This document shows positions 37,846 to 51,099 of a stretch of DNA of 64,000 nucleotides, piece by piece. Numbering within the stretch: the first letter of the stretch is position 1; each line of letters opens with the position of its first letter. A program made the translations under genes and the position numbers. Below the pieces are notes generated by a model. That model ran no database searches and had not been told where the DNA came from. It saw only the letters and a program-made list of their open reading frames with translations. The stretch covers positions 69,316,001 to 69,380,000 of the forward strand of contig NC_043002.1 in assembly GCF_006345805.1 (NCBI RefSeq), in the 5' to 3' direction. Source of the stretch: Octopus sinensis. Its lineage: Eukaryota.

Positions 37846-38376
37846 TATTATATATAAAACTGTAGTTGTGTGAGTGTCTGTCCCCTTCGATTTAGATTCC
37901 TAACTACTCCCACATTTTGCGGTGCAGTTTAACCAAATTCGGGTATCTTATAGTCGTGATTCATATCGAGCCCGTCTGAGTATTAGCGCGCGTCTACGAT
38001 GAGTCTACGATTTTAAAAATAATTTAACATCATTTTTTATTCCATTTTAATGCATAATTCTTCGTGTGTCGATGGCGGCGGAGTTGGCGTCCACGGTCAC
38101 ACCTGCACCTGTTTGCTTCCCCCCCTTCTTCCCTCCCTCGTGAAGCTGTGGGGAAGGGAGTGTAAGGAAATCAACGTCGTAAAGCGTTGTCAAGGAGACC
38201 AGCGTTCTTTTAGAACAACGACTTCATGGTTTGAAGACACTGAGTCAACGATTTAAAAAAAAAATTATCATCATTTTTAATTCCATTTTTGATGCATTTT
38301 TTTGCTATAACTCTCTAAAAATGCTTATATAGTTATTTCCCTTACAAACCCGAGCAACGCCGGGCGATACTGCTAG
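37846..38376 (+). mobile_element. Non-autonomous Helitron
   Basis: 3' hairpin cccgagcaacgccggg followed by CTAG|T. The first ~200 bp match the 5' end of 60791-61615. Confidence 0.85.
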
Positions 38377-38454
38377 TATATATATATATATACAAACACA
38401 CAAACACACGCAAGTATTCGTACACATAGATACACACAACCACACACCCGCATA

Positions 38455-38781
38455 TGTATAAGTATCTGTCTGTATGACATCCGGTGTTGGTTTGTTTGCG
38501 TCCCCCTAAAACAAACGGTTCAGCAAAATATGCATCGACAGAGCCCCCAGTTAAGACATGTTGGCGACGATATCGTAAATTGAACCCATCAGTGCTTTGC
38601 TCCAGCTGGGTCACAGTTCAGTCGCTGAAACTAGTTGAATAATATGCAAGTGTGTGTACGTGTGTGTGTTTGTGTGAGAGAGAGAGAGTCAGAGAGAGAG
38701 AAAGAGAGAGAGAAGTAGAGAGAAAATGGAGAAAGAGAAACAGAGCGTGGGTGCGTAAAAAAGTTACCTATATAAAAACCA
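38455..38781 (-). repeat. Right arm of the inverted duplication
   Basis: See 34981-35301. Confidence 0.95.
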
Positions 38782-39107
38782 TATATATACCTATATAAAA
38801 ACTATATATATATAGTTCAAATTTATAGAACAACAAAGAGGATAACAGGTGTAGGAACAACAAGCAAGTGTATTAGTTTGACGCTCGTGGAAAATGGAAA
38901 ACTTTTGTTCTACTGCACCAGATTTCAAGAATTTTATGTCTAAATGTAGCTTATCACTAGTTAAACATAATTTTAAAAAAACAACTAAATTTGATTTCGA
39001 TTAAAACTGAAGTTGTGACACTGCTTGGAAAACGCCGACAGCGACAAAAAAGCTACGTTAAGAATATTAATCAACTACTACCAGAGAAGAAAGGTACGAA
39101 TTTTAAA

Positions 39108-39345
39108 GCGGCAAGCTGGCAGAATCGTTAGCATCAGGGGCGAAATGCTCAGCGGTATTTCATCTACCGTTACGTTCTGAGTTCAAATTCCGCCGAGGTC
39201 GACTTTGCCTTTTATCTTTTCGGGGTCGATAAGTTAAGTACCAGTTACATACTGGGGTCGATGTAATCGACTTAATCCGTTTGTCTGTCCTTGTTTGTCC
39301 TCTCTGTGTTTAGCCCCTTGTGGGTAGTAAAGAAATAGGTATTTC
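39108..39345 (+). mobile_element. SINE family B monomer ending with the first bases of a second unit
   Basis: Ends aaagaaata|ggtatttc. Confidence 0.9.
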
Positions 39346-39649
39346 TTTGGGCTCCTTATATTTGGGCTCTCTGGGCTCTTTATGTTTTAATTTGAAATAC
39401 TGCCGTGGTCAGCTTTGTCCTTCATCATTTTAGAGCCAATAAACCAAGTGCTAGTTGATTACTGGTGTCACTGTAATCGGCTGCCCACTCTTTCTAAAGT
39501 GTCTAGCCTTTATTACAAATACATCGTATATATCAAGGATGGCTAAATTGTTTGATAAGAAGATCCACGTATAATATGATGTCTACGTTAAAAAAAAACT
39601 GCAACATATTTCTCTACGTTATGTGAATATAATGTTATAACGCCTTGAG

Positions 39650-39850
39650 GAAAACTTTGAAACATTAACACAGAACTCTCGTGAGAATGCATACAAACTT
39701 TTAAAAAGAAAACAGCTTATCACTCATGATTATCGGAAACAAATTTTCACGCTCAGAATTGCTGAAACATGGAATAAACTAAGTGCATCAGTTGTTACCT
39801 ATCGAGCCACTACATCCTTCAAAACTTCTAAGCTTTCTGAAATTCGCCTA
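39650..39850 (+). pseudogene. CR1-like LINE 3' fragment
   Basis: RKQIFTLRIAETWNKLSASVV..SFK resembles the CR1 ORF2 C-terminus. Confidence 0.6.
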
Positions 39851-39869
39851 GAGTACGTCTAATGCCCCG

Positions 39870-39883
39870 ACCTCTTCTTCTCC

Positions 39884-39914
<31 letters not shown>

Positions 39915-40196
39915 CTTCTTCTTCTTCTTCTTCTTCTTCTTCTTCCTTCTTCTTCTTCTTCTTCTTCTCTTCTTCTTCTTCTTCTTCTCTCTTCTTCTTC
40001 TTCTTCTTCTTCTTCTTTCTTCTTCTTCTTCTTCTTCTTCTTCTTCTCCACTTCTTCTCTTCTTCTTCTTCTTCTTCTTCTTCTCTTCTTCTTCTTCTTT
40101 CTTCTTCTTCTTTCTTCTTCTTCTTCTTCTTCTTCTTCTTCTTCTCCACTTCTTTTCTTCTTCTTCTTCTTCTTCTTATTCTTCTTCTTCTTCTCC

Positions 40197-40227
<31 letters not shown>

Positions 40228-40245
40228 CTTCTTCTTCTTCTTTTT
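39870..40245. repeat. (TTC)n microsatellite
   Basis: Direct inspection. Confidence 0.95.
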
Positions 40246-41574
40246 TCCCCTATATACAACACGTCCTGTATTATACTTCTTGCGGGACCCGTGAATATTT
40301 CACGGAATTAATGGTAAACTTATTGGGTTATTTCTGAAAAACTTTATCTAAAAAAACCTGAAAGCGAGGCCTGTTTTGTATCTGGATCAAAAGATAGTCG
40401 CTAATCTGTGAAGGAAATTGGAATACGATCTTGACTTCATGCTCTTTATATATACATTACGTTGGGTCACCGGGAAAGTCTCAGTTTTTCCAGCAACGGA
40501 GCTTTGTGTCGTGGGTTTTTGTTTTCTTTTCCAGATTATTTCGCACGCTTTCAAAGAATGTATCATTGAAATCACGTGTAAACGGCTCCTTTCTCCAGAA
40601 AAGGAAATATTTGACTGCTATTTCTTGCATACCCTGCTACCACGTAACAAGTATTTCGGGTCCCTTATCGCAAATAGCTGTTACATGTTAAATGTTACCG
40701 CATTTTTATAGTTATTTTCACTTTAAAATATTTTTATATATGCCAAAAAACAATTTTTGTAATGGCATTCACTTGAAAATAATTTTAAAAAACATTAAAA
40801 TATTGTCTGTTTAAAGAGAGCTAAAATGTAAATATTTACTGTACAAACAACTTAAATTTTTGAAATCACGTTCACTTAAAAATATTTCTAAATGATTAAA
40901 ATATGGTGTTTAACAAAAGCGAAAATAGAAGCATTTACTGTAAAAAAACAAATCGTATTTTTTCGTTGTCAAGTTACTGTGTCTAATAGAAAGGTAAGAG
41001 TTTCTTCCCTTTCAGGATTAAGTTTGCCCATTATGCATCGTTTTGGGTATTTATACCCCGAAAACCCCTTATATCTCAAAAGCCATTTGTCTGATTTACA
41101 CGAAACTTGTTTTATTTCGTTCGTATTAACATTTCAGGGACAACTGAATTCATAGTATTTTCCTATTATGTGCCAGTTTGGCTGGGTAACATTGCAAGCA
41201 AGCAAAATTCAACTTGACTTTTAATGCATTATAATAGATACACAACACTCTTTCGCTTTCTCCCTCACTCTTCACCTTACCCTCTTTTTCTCTCTCATTT
41301 TTCTTTCACTCTTCGCCTTTACCTTCAACTAATTACGTGAAAGCGTTATAGACGGGCTAATTAACGGAGAAAAAAACTTAGGTAAAAAAATTACGCATTT
41401 CACTTACTACAACTTCTCCCTCCCCCCCATCTTTCCCCTTCCCCCTCCTCCCCTATTATTTTATTCCTTTGGAATAAAACCAATGTTGTCTTCGAAACAT
41501 ATGTGGAAAGTAAAAGAATTTGAATAACATCTGCGTTCAACTCCATTTATTTACTTATATATATATATATATAT

Positions 41575-41880
41575 ATATATTTCAGTTTCTGTTTACCAAA
41601 TCCACTCACAAGGCTTTAGTCAACCCGAGGCTATAGCAGAAGACACTTGCCCAAGGTATCACACAGTCGGACTGAACCCGGAACCCTGTTGTTATCACAC
41701 ATCCACGCCTTCGTTTGTGTATACATATATGATGTTTTCTATCAGATTCACTCACAGCGTATCTGTCAACGCTAGGAGCTACTGTAGAAGACACTTGGTC
41801 ATGATATCGCGTAGTGAGACTGAATCTGAAAACACATGGGTGCAAAGTGAGCTTCATAACCACACAATCACGCCTGCATC
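41575..41880 (-). mobile_element. Two SINE family A-like 5' halves
   Basis: gaagacacttgcccaagg / gaagacacttggtcatg motifs. Confidence 0.75.
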
Positions 41881-44309
41881 TAATAATTTATCAATCCCGT
41901 TATTGGTTGAATTTCGATTCGATAATTTCCTTCGTTAATTGAATCCACTTTGCATTAATCCTATTCCACAAGGTTTGCTGTCTAGTTCCATTGTAAGATG
42001 CATCGCTTCTGAAATAATGGCTTCTCTTTTTTTATTTATTGAGAACTTTCAGGAGGAGATTTTTATTTTATCAACGGCTCACATCTTTGAAAGGTTACAG
42101 ATGTAAATATGATAGTCAGCAGCATATGTTGACACCGGTTTGAAAAATACTGGTCTAGAATTTTCCATTCTTGCCTGGAATTTCTTCGACAGTTTAATGT
42201 CAAATACAGTGAGACACAACAATTGTTTAACTTTATTTTGTTGACTCCCTACTCCAAAGATTCACAGAGCTTCATTCACGAGTTTCTTTTTCAATAAGTT
42301 TCAAATATTTAACCTTTAAAACTCAACAGCAGACAATAATAGAGGTATAAAAGTACTGCAGTTCCTTATGATTTAATACCGCTTGCAGCGATACAGTTCT
42401 TGTTGACCCAGACAGTAAAGTGTGCTTTTTGAAGGGGAGACAATCTCCATTTACTTCAGCAAAACAAAACTAATCTTATGAACCACATGCTTTCATATTA
42501 CTACCCAGGATGGTGCTTCCGAAACCCCCTGAAATATATTGAAAGCTGCCTTGTCTATTTTCAGAATTGATCGACATATGGTCAGGAAATTCGCAATTTC
42601 ATTTCAAAATCGCCGTTGACAATTTTATTTTTTTTTTAGTTTTAGTTATCCGGGTGTGTTTAAATAGCCTATTTTGAACTGGCTTTCCTCAAGACATTAC
42701 AAATTCGCTAGATCAAATAACGATTCCGGTAATGTATTTATTTTTTAAGCTGCAGTTTCTATTTTCTCCTGGTTTTCATAAAGGAGTGTCACCATATCAA
42801 TTTACGTAAGGGCGTCTGTTTTTGTTGTTGCTTTTTTTTTTTAAATTTCTTTGGCTGAGAAAACAAGGTTCAATTTCACACATAGCAACTTGAATTGAAG
42901 GGTGACCTCGCAGTTCTCGAGGGTATCTGCACTGTTGTGATATGTGAAACTGTTAAGTTCCCTGATTCTTGTTTCAGTCTGTCCGGATGTGGATGTGTGA
43001 AATCGTATATCGTGTGTGCGTGAGCAAGTATGTATGCGCGCGCGCGTGTATGAATGTGTGTGTGTGTGTGTGTGTGTGTCAGTGTGTGTGATGTCTGTAT
43101 GCACGTGTTAGAACTGATAGGGAACTTTAATCGACATCATCTTATGGGAAATAAAAGCATTATATGTTTTAAGATTCAACCCTTTCTCTCATTTTCCTCC
43201 TCGACCTCCTTCTCATCATCACATTCTTCTTCTTCTTCTTCTTCTTCTTCTTCTTCTTCTTCTTCATCATCACATTCTTCTTCACATTCTTCATCTCTCC
43301 CCTTCATATTCACAATGTTCTCCATATCTCTGTCTCTGTCTCTCTCAAACAGTTTTTTTTCTTTATTCTCTATATTGCATACTTTCGTGACTGTAAACTA
43401 AATTACCCACTTAATTATAATTCATTAATTAGCTTTTTTTACAAACTTTCACCCTTTCCACTCTTTTCTTTTTTCCTCTCTGCAACAACCATGTTCCCTC
43501 TTATGGTCTGATTAACTTTTAAGGGAAACAAATTGAGAGTGTTCCTGGCTCTGTTACCCGGCTCACTTCAGCTTTCTTATTCTCTATAGAAGCCCCTTGG
43601 CAGGATTGTAACTGGAAACTTTATCACAATGTTACGTTGTCTCCGCCTGAAAATTTCTGTGGTCATATATGTGTCTTAGGTTTACTCAGCCTCGATAGAT
43701 ACACACAGCGATCGGATTGACTTCCTGCCTAAACTCCAGTTTGAAGTGCAACTAAAAATGCTGGGATGCCTTTAAGTGTCGAAACGAATGCTTACACACA
43801 CACACACACACACACTAAGATTCAGTTGGATTAAGTACTTAAGTTGAGGCACCAAATCAGTCCGGTGTTATCCGTACAGCTCGAAGTAAGGTGAATAAAA
43901 AGCAAATAAGTAACAAGGATGTTAAGATATTAGTGCATTACGGCTGTTTCAGGTGGCTCCATTTACTCGATCAATCCAAGTATTACGTCAATTTGAAATA
44001 TGCCGCCTTCCTCGGATGCATAAGGCCATAAAGGTTTTCAACATACAGGATACTCCATTATAATTTTTTAAGCAAATTTTTCATCAGAACTAGAGAATAA
44101 AAGAATTACATCCTTTGTATGTTGAAAGCATACATGGTCTTATGCTTCCGAGGAAGGCGGTGTATTTCAAATTGATATGATGCTTGCATTGATCGATTAA
44201 ATGGAGCCGCCTGAAACGGTCGCACATCCTTGTTACTTCTTTGCTTTATACACACACACAACACACACACACACCACACACACACACCACACACACACAA
44301 CACACACAC

Positions 44310-44340
<31 letters not shown>

Positions 44341-44489
44341 GTAAAAAGTAAAATGGTAAAAGAGTCAAAAGGAAGAGTAAGTACGGTTAGGTAGCTTACT
44401 AATTGCTACAAATGTTTCGATACATTTTTGTACTCTTAATACGTTCTTAACAGAACACACCTCAACTATATATGTATATATATATATCA

Positions 44490-44976
44490 GTGCAACATCT
44501 ACATTCCTTCATCACTTATGTCCCTGCTTAATTTAATTTGTCTTTAGTCGAAAGACACCTGTTGTTAATGTCCTGTCGTTTGCATTTGTATTTGTGTACC
44601 ATTTCTCCGTTTTTCCTGTCCTTCTTTTCGTATAAATTCGCTGCTTTCTTCCAAGGAATCTAGTGCTCTTAGCTTAGATTTTCCTTGGGGCTGGTCAGAT
44701 TGGAGCAGTCTCGAGTATAACCAGCCGAAACTGCAAAGATAATCCGGTACTCGACTGACGAAAGAAAACTCAGAATGACCTGTCCTTGTTTATTTTGTCC
44801 CTTTTTGAATCATCTAACTGTCTGGATGCTTTGCTGTCGCCTGTTCAGACAACGCCGGTCTGATGGAGGGAGTGAACTAATGTATGGAACAAACATTTGA
44901 TCCCTATGAACAAATTACTCATGCAGGTCGTTTGACAAAGCTGAATTGTTATAGGTCGTCTTCGATGAGACGGTCC

Positions 44977-44980
<4 letters not shown>
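44490..44980. mobile_element. TA-flanked repeat, possibly a Penelope-like terminus
   Basis: Microsatellite-bounded unit with ctgacga at ~44756 but no complete hammerhead. Confidence 0.3.
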
Positions 44981-45041
<61 letters not shown>

Positions 45042-45849
45042 GTATAGCCTGAACAGGATAAGCTACCCCTATTTTGCAGAAAAAAAGTGTTGGCGGCGCC
45101 AACAAAGAAAAAAAAGCCCAAACAAACAAACAAACCAATAGAGGAAGCGAGACGAAGGGTCGTAGTGAGTGACGGGATGTTGTGAGGTTGGTCCCAAGAC
45201 GAAGAATAACTGCACTAATATCGAGATGGAAGGTCGTAGCACGTGACGAGTAGTGAAACTCGTTCAACGCATGCCAACCTAGAAAAATAGCTTGCTAAAC
45301 TTAATTAGTTTTCCTTCTGTTTAATATTACTACCTAATCCTTCATTGGATTTAGCAGAGTCCATTCTGTTGGTCTGATTCTGAGGATGACACGGTATCTT
45401 GATGTTGCTTTCTACTGCAAAAAACCCATTAATTGTTATTTCTTCGTAGCTTCTCAGCTGCTAGCATCATAGGGTCAGCAAAAGTCATGCATCTTTGATT
45501 GAGCAGAAAGATTTTTCTCCTCTCTTTTTAGCTTAAAAATGCACGTATATGCATACATACACACATACATACATACATACATACATACATACATACATAC
45601 ATACATACATACATACATACATACACACACACACACGTATGTATGTATGTATGTATGTATGTATGCATGCATGCATGTATGTATGTATGTATGTATGTAT
45701 GTATGTATGTATGTATGTATGTATGTATGTATGTATGTATGCATGCATGCATGCATGCATGCATGTATGTATGTATGTATGTATGTATGTATGTATGTAT
45801 GTAGTATGTATGTATGTATGTATTTGTGTGTGTGTGCCCGCGTGTATAT

Positions 45850-46015
45850 GTGTGGACCAAGATGGCTGAATTGGTTAAAATGCTTGCTTTGTAATCACAA
45901 GATCCCGGGATCGATTTCATAGCCTGGTATCTTGGGCAAGTGTCTTTTACTAGAGCATCCAGTCGATATAAACCGAGCGAGTAAAACTGTGTAGACGGAA
46001 ACTGTGCTGAATCCG
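45850..46015 (+). mobile_element. Diverged CORE-type SINE
   Basis: tggctgaattggttaa A box and cttgggcaagtgtctttt CORE-like segment. Confidence 0.65.
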
Positions 46016-46257
46016 GTTAGATGGATTATACTCTTACACACTGTATCATACTGATTTGGCATGGTGATTGCGCTAAGATTACACATGTTTGTGGAATACC
46101 CAACCTTTGATATGTTGTTCTAATGAGTAGCTGCTCAGATGATCGATCAAGCGAATACTCATCGCGAAAACCGACGGAGGATCCATTCACTATAGTTTCT
46201 AGTACACATGAATCTTTATGTGTGTATTTGTACATACTTGAATTTCTTTGCGGTGAC

Positions 46258-46298
<41 letters not shown>

Positions 46299-46705
46299 TG
46301 TGTGTGTGTGTGTGCGCGCGTAAATGCATGAAATTAGAAACAGTTTAATGAGAGCTTGCATTTTAACGGTTTCCTACATAAATTTGCCTGCGTTTCAGTA
46401 TCGTCACCTTTTATTACAATTAAATTACGAACAGACAAGTAAAGTAATACACACACACACACACACAAGCATACATCACAAGCACACAGCCCACAGACGT
46501 ACATATATATACCTAAACACATATACATACACTCGCGTGCACATGTATATGTGTGTGTGTACGTATATATATGTGCATATAAATGTATATATATTTATAT
46601 ATATATATGCGTATGTGTGTGAGTATATAATTTTCAACTCGTACTCTCGTACACGTACGCATATTCAAATACATTCTCACGCATATACATACTTACATGC
46701 AACAC

Positions 46706-46750
<45 letters not shown>

Positions 46751-47539
46751 AAAGAGAGAGAGAGACCATTGATAAAAAAAGAAAAATATAAAGTATATAT
46801 ATATAATAATAACAAAATATATAAAGAAATAAACAAAATAAAACGAATAAAAATAAACAAGTAAAGAACATCAGGTCTTTAAATTTTTGCATAAACACAC
46901 AATTATTTCTTTCTCAGCAGTGTTACTTGAAATTGAATATGATATTTTGCTTGTAGGGTAAATGGAATTGCTGACAATTCCATTTCAAGGATTATAGTCT
47001 AAAAACTGCTTAATAACTTAAAACTTAATGAAAACGCTGAGAAAAGCAGAGGATATTTGGGTTACACTTAATTAATAAGTTTTAGTTCCCCTTTCTTTTC
47101 CCTACCTTCACTGAATTCCTATATGTTTTAATGTTTTTAAACTTCCCGAAGTCTCCTTTGGAGCTTTCTTGGTCGATATTTAAGTATTCCTTTCCAAATT
47201 AAAGAATTTCTTTCGTACATGCTTACTCTAATTCCGGATGTATATGCAAATGGAAATGAGATGTTTTATTGCTCATCTTTTAAAGCAATTGACCTGTGGT
47301 TCGTTGGGCCGCGGAATACAAAACAGAGAAGAGGACTATACGTTTTAATGTTTTTCAACTTCCCGCAGTCTCCTTTGGAGCTGTCTCGGTCGATTTTTAA
47401 GTATTCCTTTCCAAATTAAAGAATTAAAGAACGCCCAGTGAGTAGGGAAGTTCGGGATCTGAGGGATTCTTTGGTTGCTCTTGCGTAGCGTTTCCCTCTG
47501 TTAGGGAGTTTTGTTGTTAGAATTAAACAAGGAGTCAGT

Positions 47540-47990
47540 GAGAATGAAGACTGTAAAATCCTGAGGGATGCAGTGATTCAGTACGATCACTCGACCAGTC
47601 ATCGGAAACCGAACATTGTTGTGGTGAATGAAAAAGAAAGAACATGCATGATAATCGACATAGTATGTCCAGGTGGCAACAGGATCAAAAAGGAAGAAGA
47701 AAAACTGAACAACTACGACGATTTGTAGTGGAAAATACGATGGTTATGGTCAATGAGGAGAGTAGACATGATCCTAATAGTAACTGGTGCATTTGGAAGT
47801 ATCAGCGCTCAACTACCAGCATGATTGGTACAAATATAAAGATAAAACATCTGCATTGCTTGGAGCTGCAAGAATTCTTCGCAGGGTTCTTGAAGCATGA
47901 CCAGTAAACAAGGGTCACCTTAATATGCTGGCTGTGGACAGCTGACACTTTCCATCATACCCAACAAAATAATCTGAAAGTTTTCATCAA
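47540..47990 (+). pseudogene. Second R4/Dong-like endonuclease fragment (different subfamily)
   Basis: ENEDCKILRDAVIQYD..RKPNIVVVNEKERTCMIIDIVCP..EEEKLNNYDDL*..LIVTGAFG; ends in an AAT-like tract. Confidence 0.75.
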
Positions 47991-48004
47991 ATAATGATAA
48001 TAGT

Positions 48005-48310
48005 GGAGGCGCAATGGCCCAGTGGTTAAGGCAGCGGACTCGCGGTCGGAGGATCGCAGTTTCGATTCCCAGACCGGGCGTTGTGTGTTTATTGAGCGAA
48101 AACGCCTAAAGCTCCACGAGGCTCCGGCAGGGGGTGGTGGAGACCCCTGTTGTACTCTTTCGCTCCAACTTTCTCTCACTCTTCCTTCCTGTTTCTTGAG
48201 TAACGCTGCGATGGACTGGGGTCCTGTCCAGCTGGGGGGAACACATACGCCATATAAACCGGGTAACCGGGCCCACGAGCCTGGTTAGGCTTGAAAAAGG
48301 CGCATAAAAA
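48005..48310 (+). mobile_element. SINE family C
   Basis: Colinear with 23138-23451; imperfect TSD ataatg(a/t)taata. Confidence 0.9.
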
Positions 48311-48326
48311 ATAATGTTAATAAGTT

Positions 48327-48870
48327 CCCTAATGCAGTACCAGGCAGTGGTTCTCATGGCTTAACTGATTGGAACTTGTATAATATACATGTTTTGTCTT
48401 GATATAAAAAGATGGGCTACAGCAAATATTTTGCTCAATACCACAGATTTGCTTGTCAGTTACTTGAAATTAACCGATTGAGCATGTCCCTTAGTGGCTA
48501 ACGATTTGTGCATTTCTGATCACAAGCAGAAGTAGTGGGGGAGCATCGTAGTCATGTGTTGAGAGGTATTCTTTGGGGTTTGAATAATTCACCTCTGGAA
48601 ACATGGGTGTTTTGTTCATCATCCTTAAAGAAACCTTATCCAAGGACCTTTTGAGCAGGATGGGCTACTCGACCTGAAGAAAATTGTAACTGGGCCCCAT
48701 CTGCAAGGTCATACGCTGTTTATCTTGATAAGAGGTAACCATATCGCGAACATATGGTTGTGATGTATGTGCCTGGTACCCTTATCAGACGGGTAATCAT
48801 GATGAGTATATTAAGCTACGTATATTTGTAACCCAGTGTCACTTTGATGGCATACGCTACTCTCTCACTC
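48327..48870. mobile_element. ~550-bp interspersed element, copy 2
   Basis: Same ends as 10459-11008 (ccct(g/a)atgcagtacc ... ctctctcactc|aataat). Confidence 0.85.
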
Positions 48871-48879
48871 AATAATAAT

Positions 48880-49350
48880 AATGGTTTCAAATTTTGCCAC
48901 AATCGCAGCAATTTTGAAGGAGGGGATGAGTCGATTACATCAATCCCAGTGTTCAACTGGTACTTATTTTATCGATTCTGAAAGGATGGAAGGCAAAGTC
49001 GACTTCGGCGGAACTTTAACCCAGAACATAAAGACGGACGAAATGCCGCTTTTTTCCCGGCGTATCAGCGATTTTCTCAGCTCACCGCCTTATCAATAAT
49101 AATAATAATAATCATAATCATAATAATAATAATAATAATCCTTTCTACTAAAGCACAAGGCCTGAAATTTTGGAGGAGGGGACTAATTGACTACATCGAT
49201 CCCAGTGTTTCGCTGGTGCTTAAATTATCGACCCCAAAAAGTTGAAAGGTAGAGTCGACCTCGGCGGAATTTGAACTCAGAACGTAAAGACGGACGAAGT
49301 GCCTCTAGGCATTTCGTCCCACATGCTAACGATTCTGCCACCTCGCTGCC
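48880..49350 (-). mobile_element. Two SINE family B copies separated by (AAT)n
   Basis: Heads end at ~49090 and ~49350. Confidence 0.85.
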
Positions 49351-51099
49351 TTATCAATAACAATAATAATAATGATCTCTATTAGCGATAACGACTCAAA
49401 GAGACACAAACAATAGGAAACTATCTCTGGGGAGATAGAGAGAAAGAAAGAGTAACGTAGAGTGAGAAAAAAGTTTGCAAATTATGAAAGGGGTTCCGAG
49501 ACGTAATACAATATTTAGGGAGAACGTATTAAGAATTTTAAAGGCATATCCACTCACATTCACACTCGTACACGCATACGTACGCATAAGCACATTCATA
49601 TATGCACATATATATTTATGCATAGATACATATGTTTGTGCTTAAATCAAAAAAGTACAATAAATACTATAATTAAAACGATGTCATTTAAAGAAGAAAA
49701 CCATGTAAGATTTCTGCCTAGGTTGAATTAGGGTACTCTACGATCACATACCTTTAACCATTTCTCATTTACCAAACGGAATCTGAGTGCAACCCAAATC
49801 CACTGGTAAGCATATTTTTGTTGAGATATTTGACGTCGAAAAACACCAACTTAGTTATTCTCTTTTAAGTTGGGCACAATGTCTTAGTTTTAAGTTTATT
49901 ATCACTCTATCTTTTGCATGTTGTTTATATTCTGTTTTTGTGTCATATCAACATCTTCGGGAGCTTGCGTAGCTTTTGTCAATTAACTTTTTGATTGATT
50001 TTCAAAGAACTTTGAAATTCAATTCTTCTTCATTGTTTTCTTGATCTTCCTTATTTTTCTGAGGTGTAATTTCGCTGTCATTTGAATGAAATTGTTCTTC
50101 CTCATATGTTGTTTATATTGAGTCTTCTTTTTCTCTAATTTCCTCCTTTTATTAATTCGCATTTCCATCGAGCATTTGGAAATTTTCTTCTGTAATTATT
50201 GTTTCCTTCTCATCTCACGATAGTTTTAGTATTACAAATTTGTACTGTTAGGAATCGAGGTATTTGCTCATCTATTTAGCATACCGGGCCTAAGATATCT
50301 CCTTTGTTATTCCCAGAGTTTTAGATAATGGTGCTTTCGAAAGTGTAGTTTGTCGTTCTTTTCGTTGTTGCTCATCATTATTTTCGTTTACTTTGTTTTT
50401 ACTTAGTCTTTCCAGTTCTTCTGAGTATTTATCTCCAAGATGTGTTTTACTCCGACAATTATTTTCTCCACCCTTATCATTAATCTGATGTTTTATTGCC
50501 TCGGTGCCTCCTACAAAGTACAATTCTTGCATGCTTCTGTGATCTCCAGGGAGTATTAAAAATTGCAAGTCCATTTTGAAGCCACCTTACCACGGGTAGC
50601 TTTTCGTTAAGCATTATTTGACCATAATCCCATACTGTAACACAAAAGTTACAACTAGCAATGAAACTACATTCAGTTCAATATCTTTTATTATGATTCT
50701 GTGACCATGTATTGGGGCACAAATATATAATCAGAGGCACGTTTGACAATTTCAGCCGATGTTTTGGTTGCGTCTTTTGTTTGAAAGGTACAACAAATAG
50801 TGCAATAGCTTTTGCCTTTATTCAATTGAGTTAAATTTTTCCTGATATGACGTGGAGAGCTTGTTAAACGACTTAATGTGAAGGAAAATTTAATCCGCTT
50901 CTGTCTTTCCGTAAGCAGAGATATAAATAATTTTTCTCTTCGATCTCTCCTGGATTATCTCATGTTGCAAAGAAGTGCTATCGGGCTTTATATAAATCAT
51001 AACTCTACATATTATTTTTCATGTTACTGTGATAGATACCCAAAATTTCATTTGTTCAGTTTGTATGGAAGTGATATTTGCTTTCACACAGCTGCTATA

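Noticed and set aside
39848-40311. Poly-E/K/R ORFs
   Set aside because: (TTC)n microsatellite.
40284-40660. Possible MITE with gggacccg / cgggtccc ends
   Set aside because: The inverted match is short and no TSD could be established.
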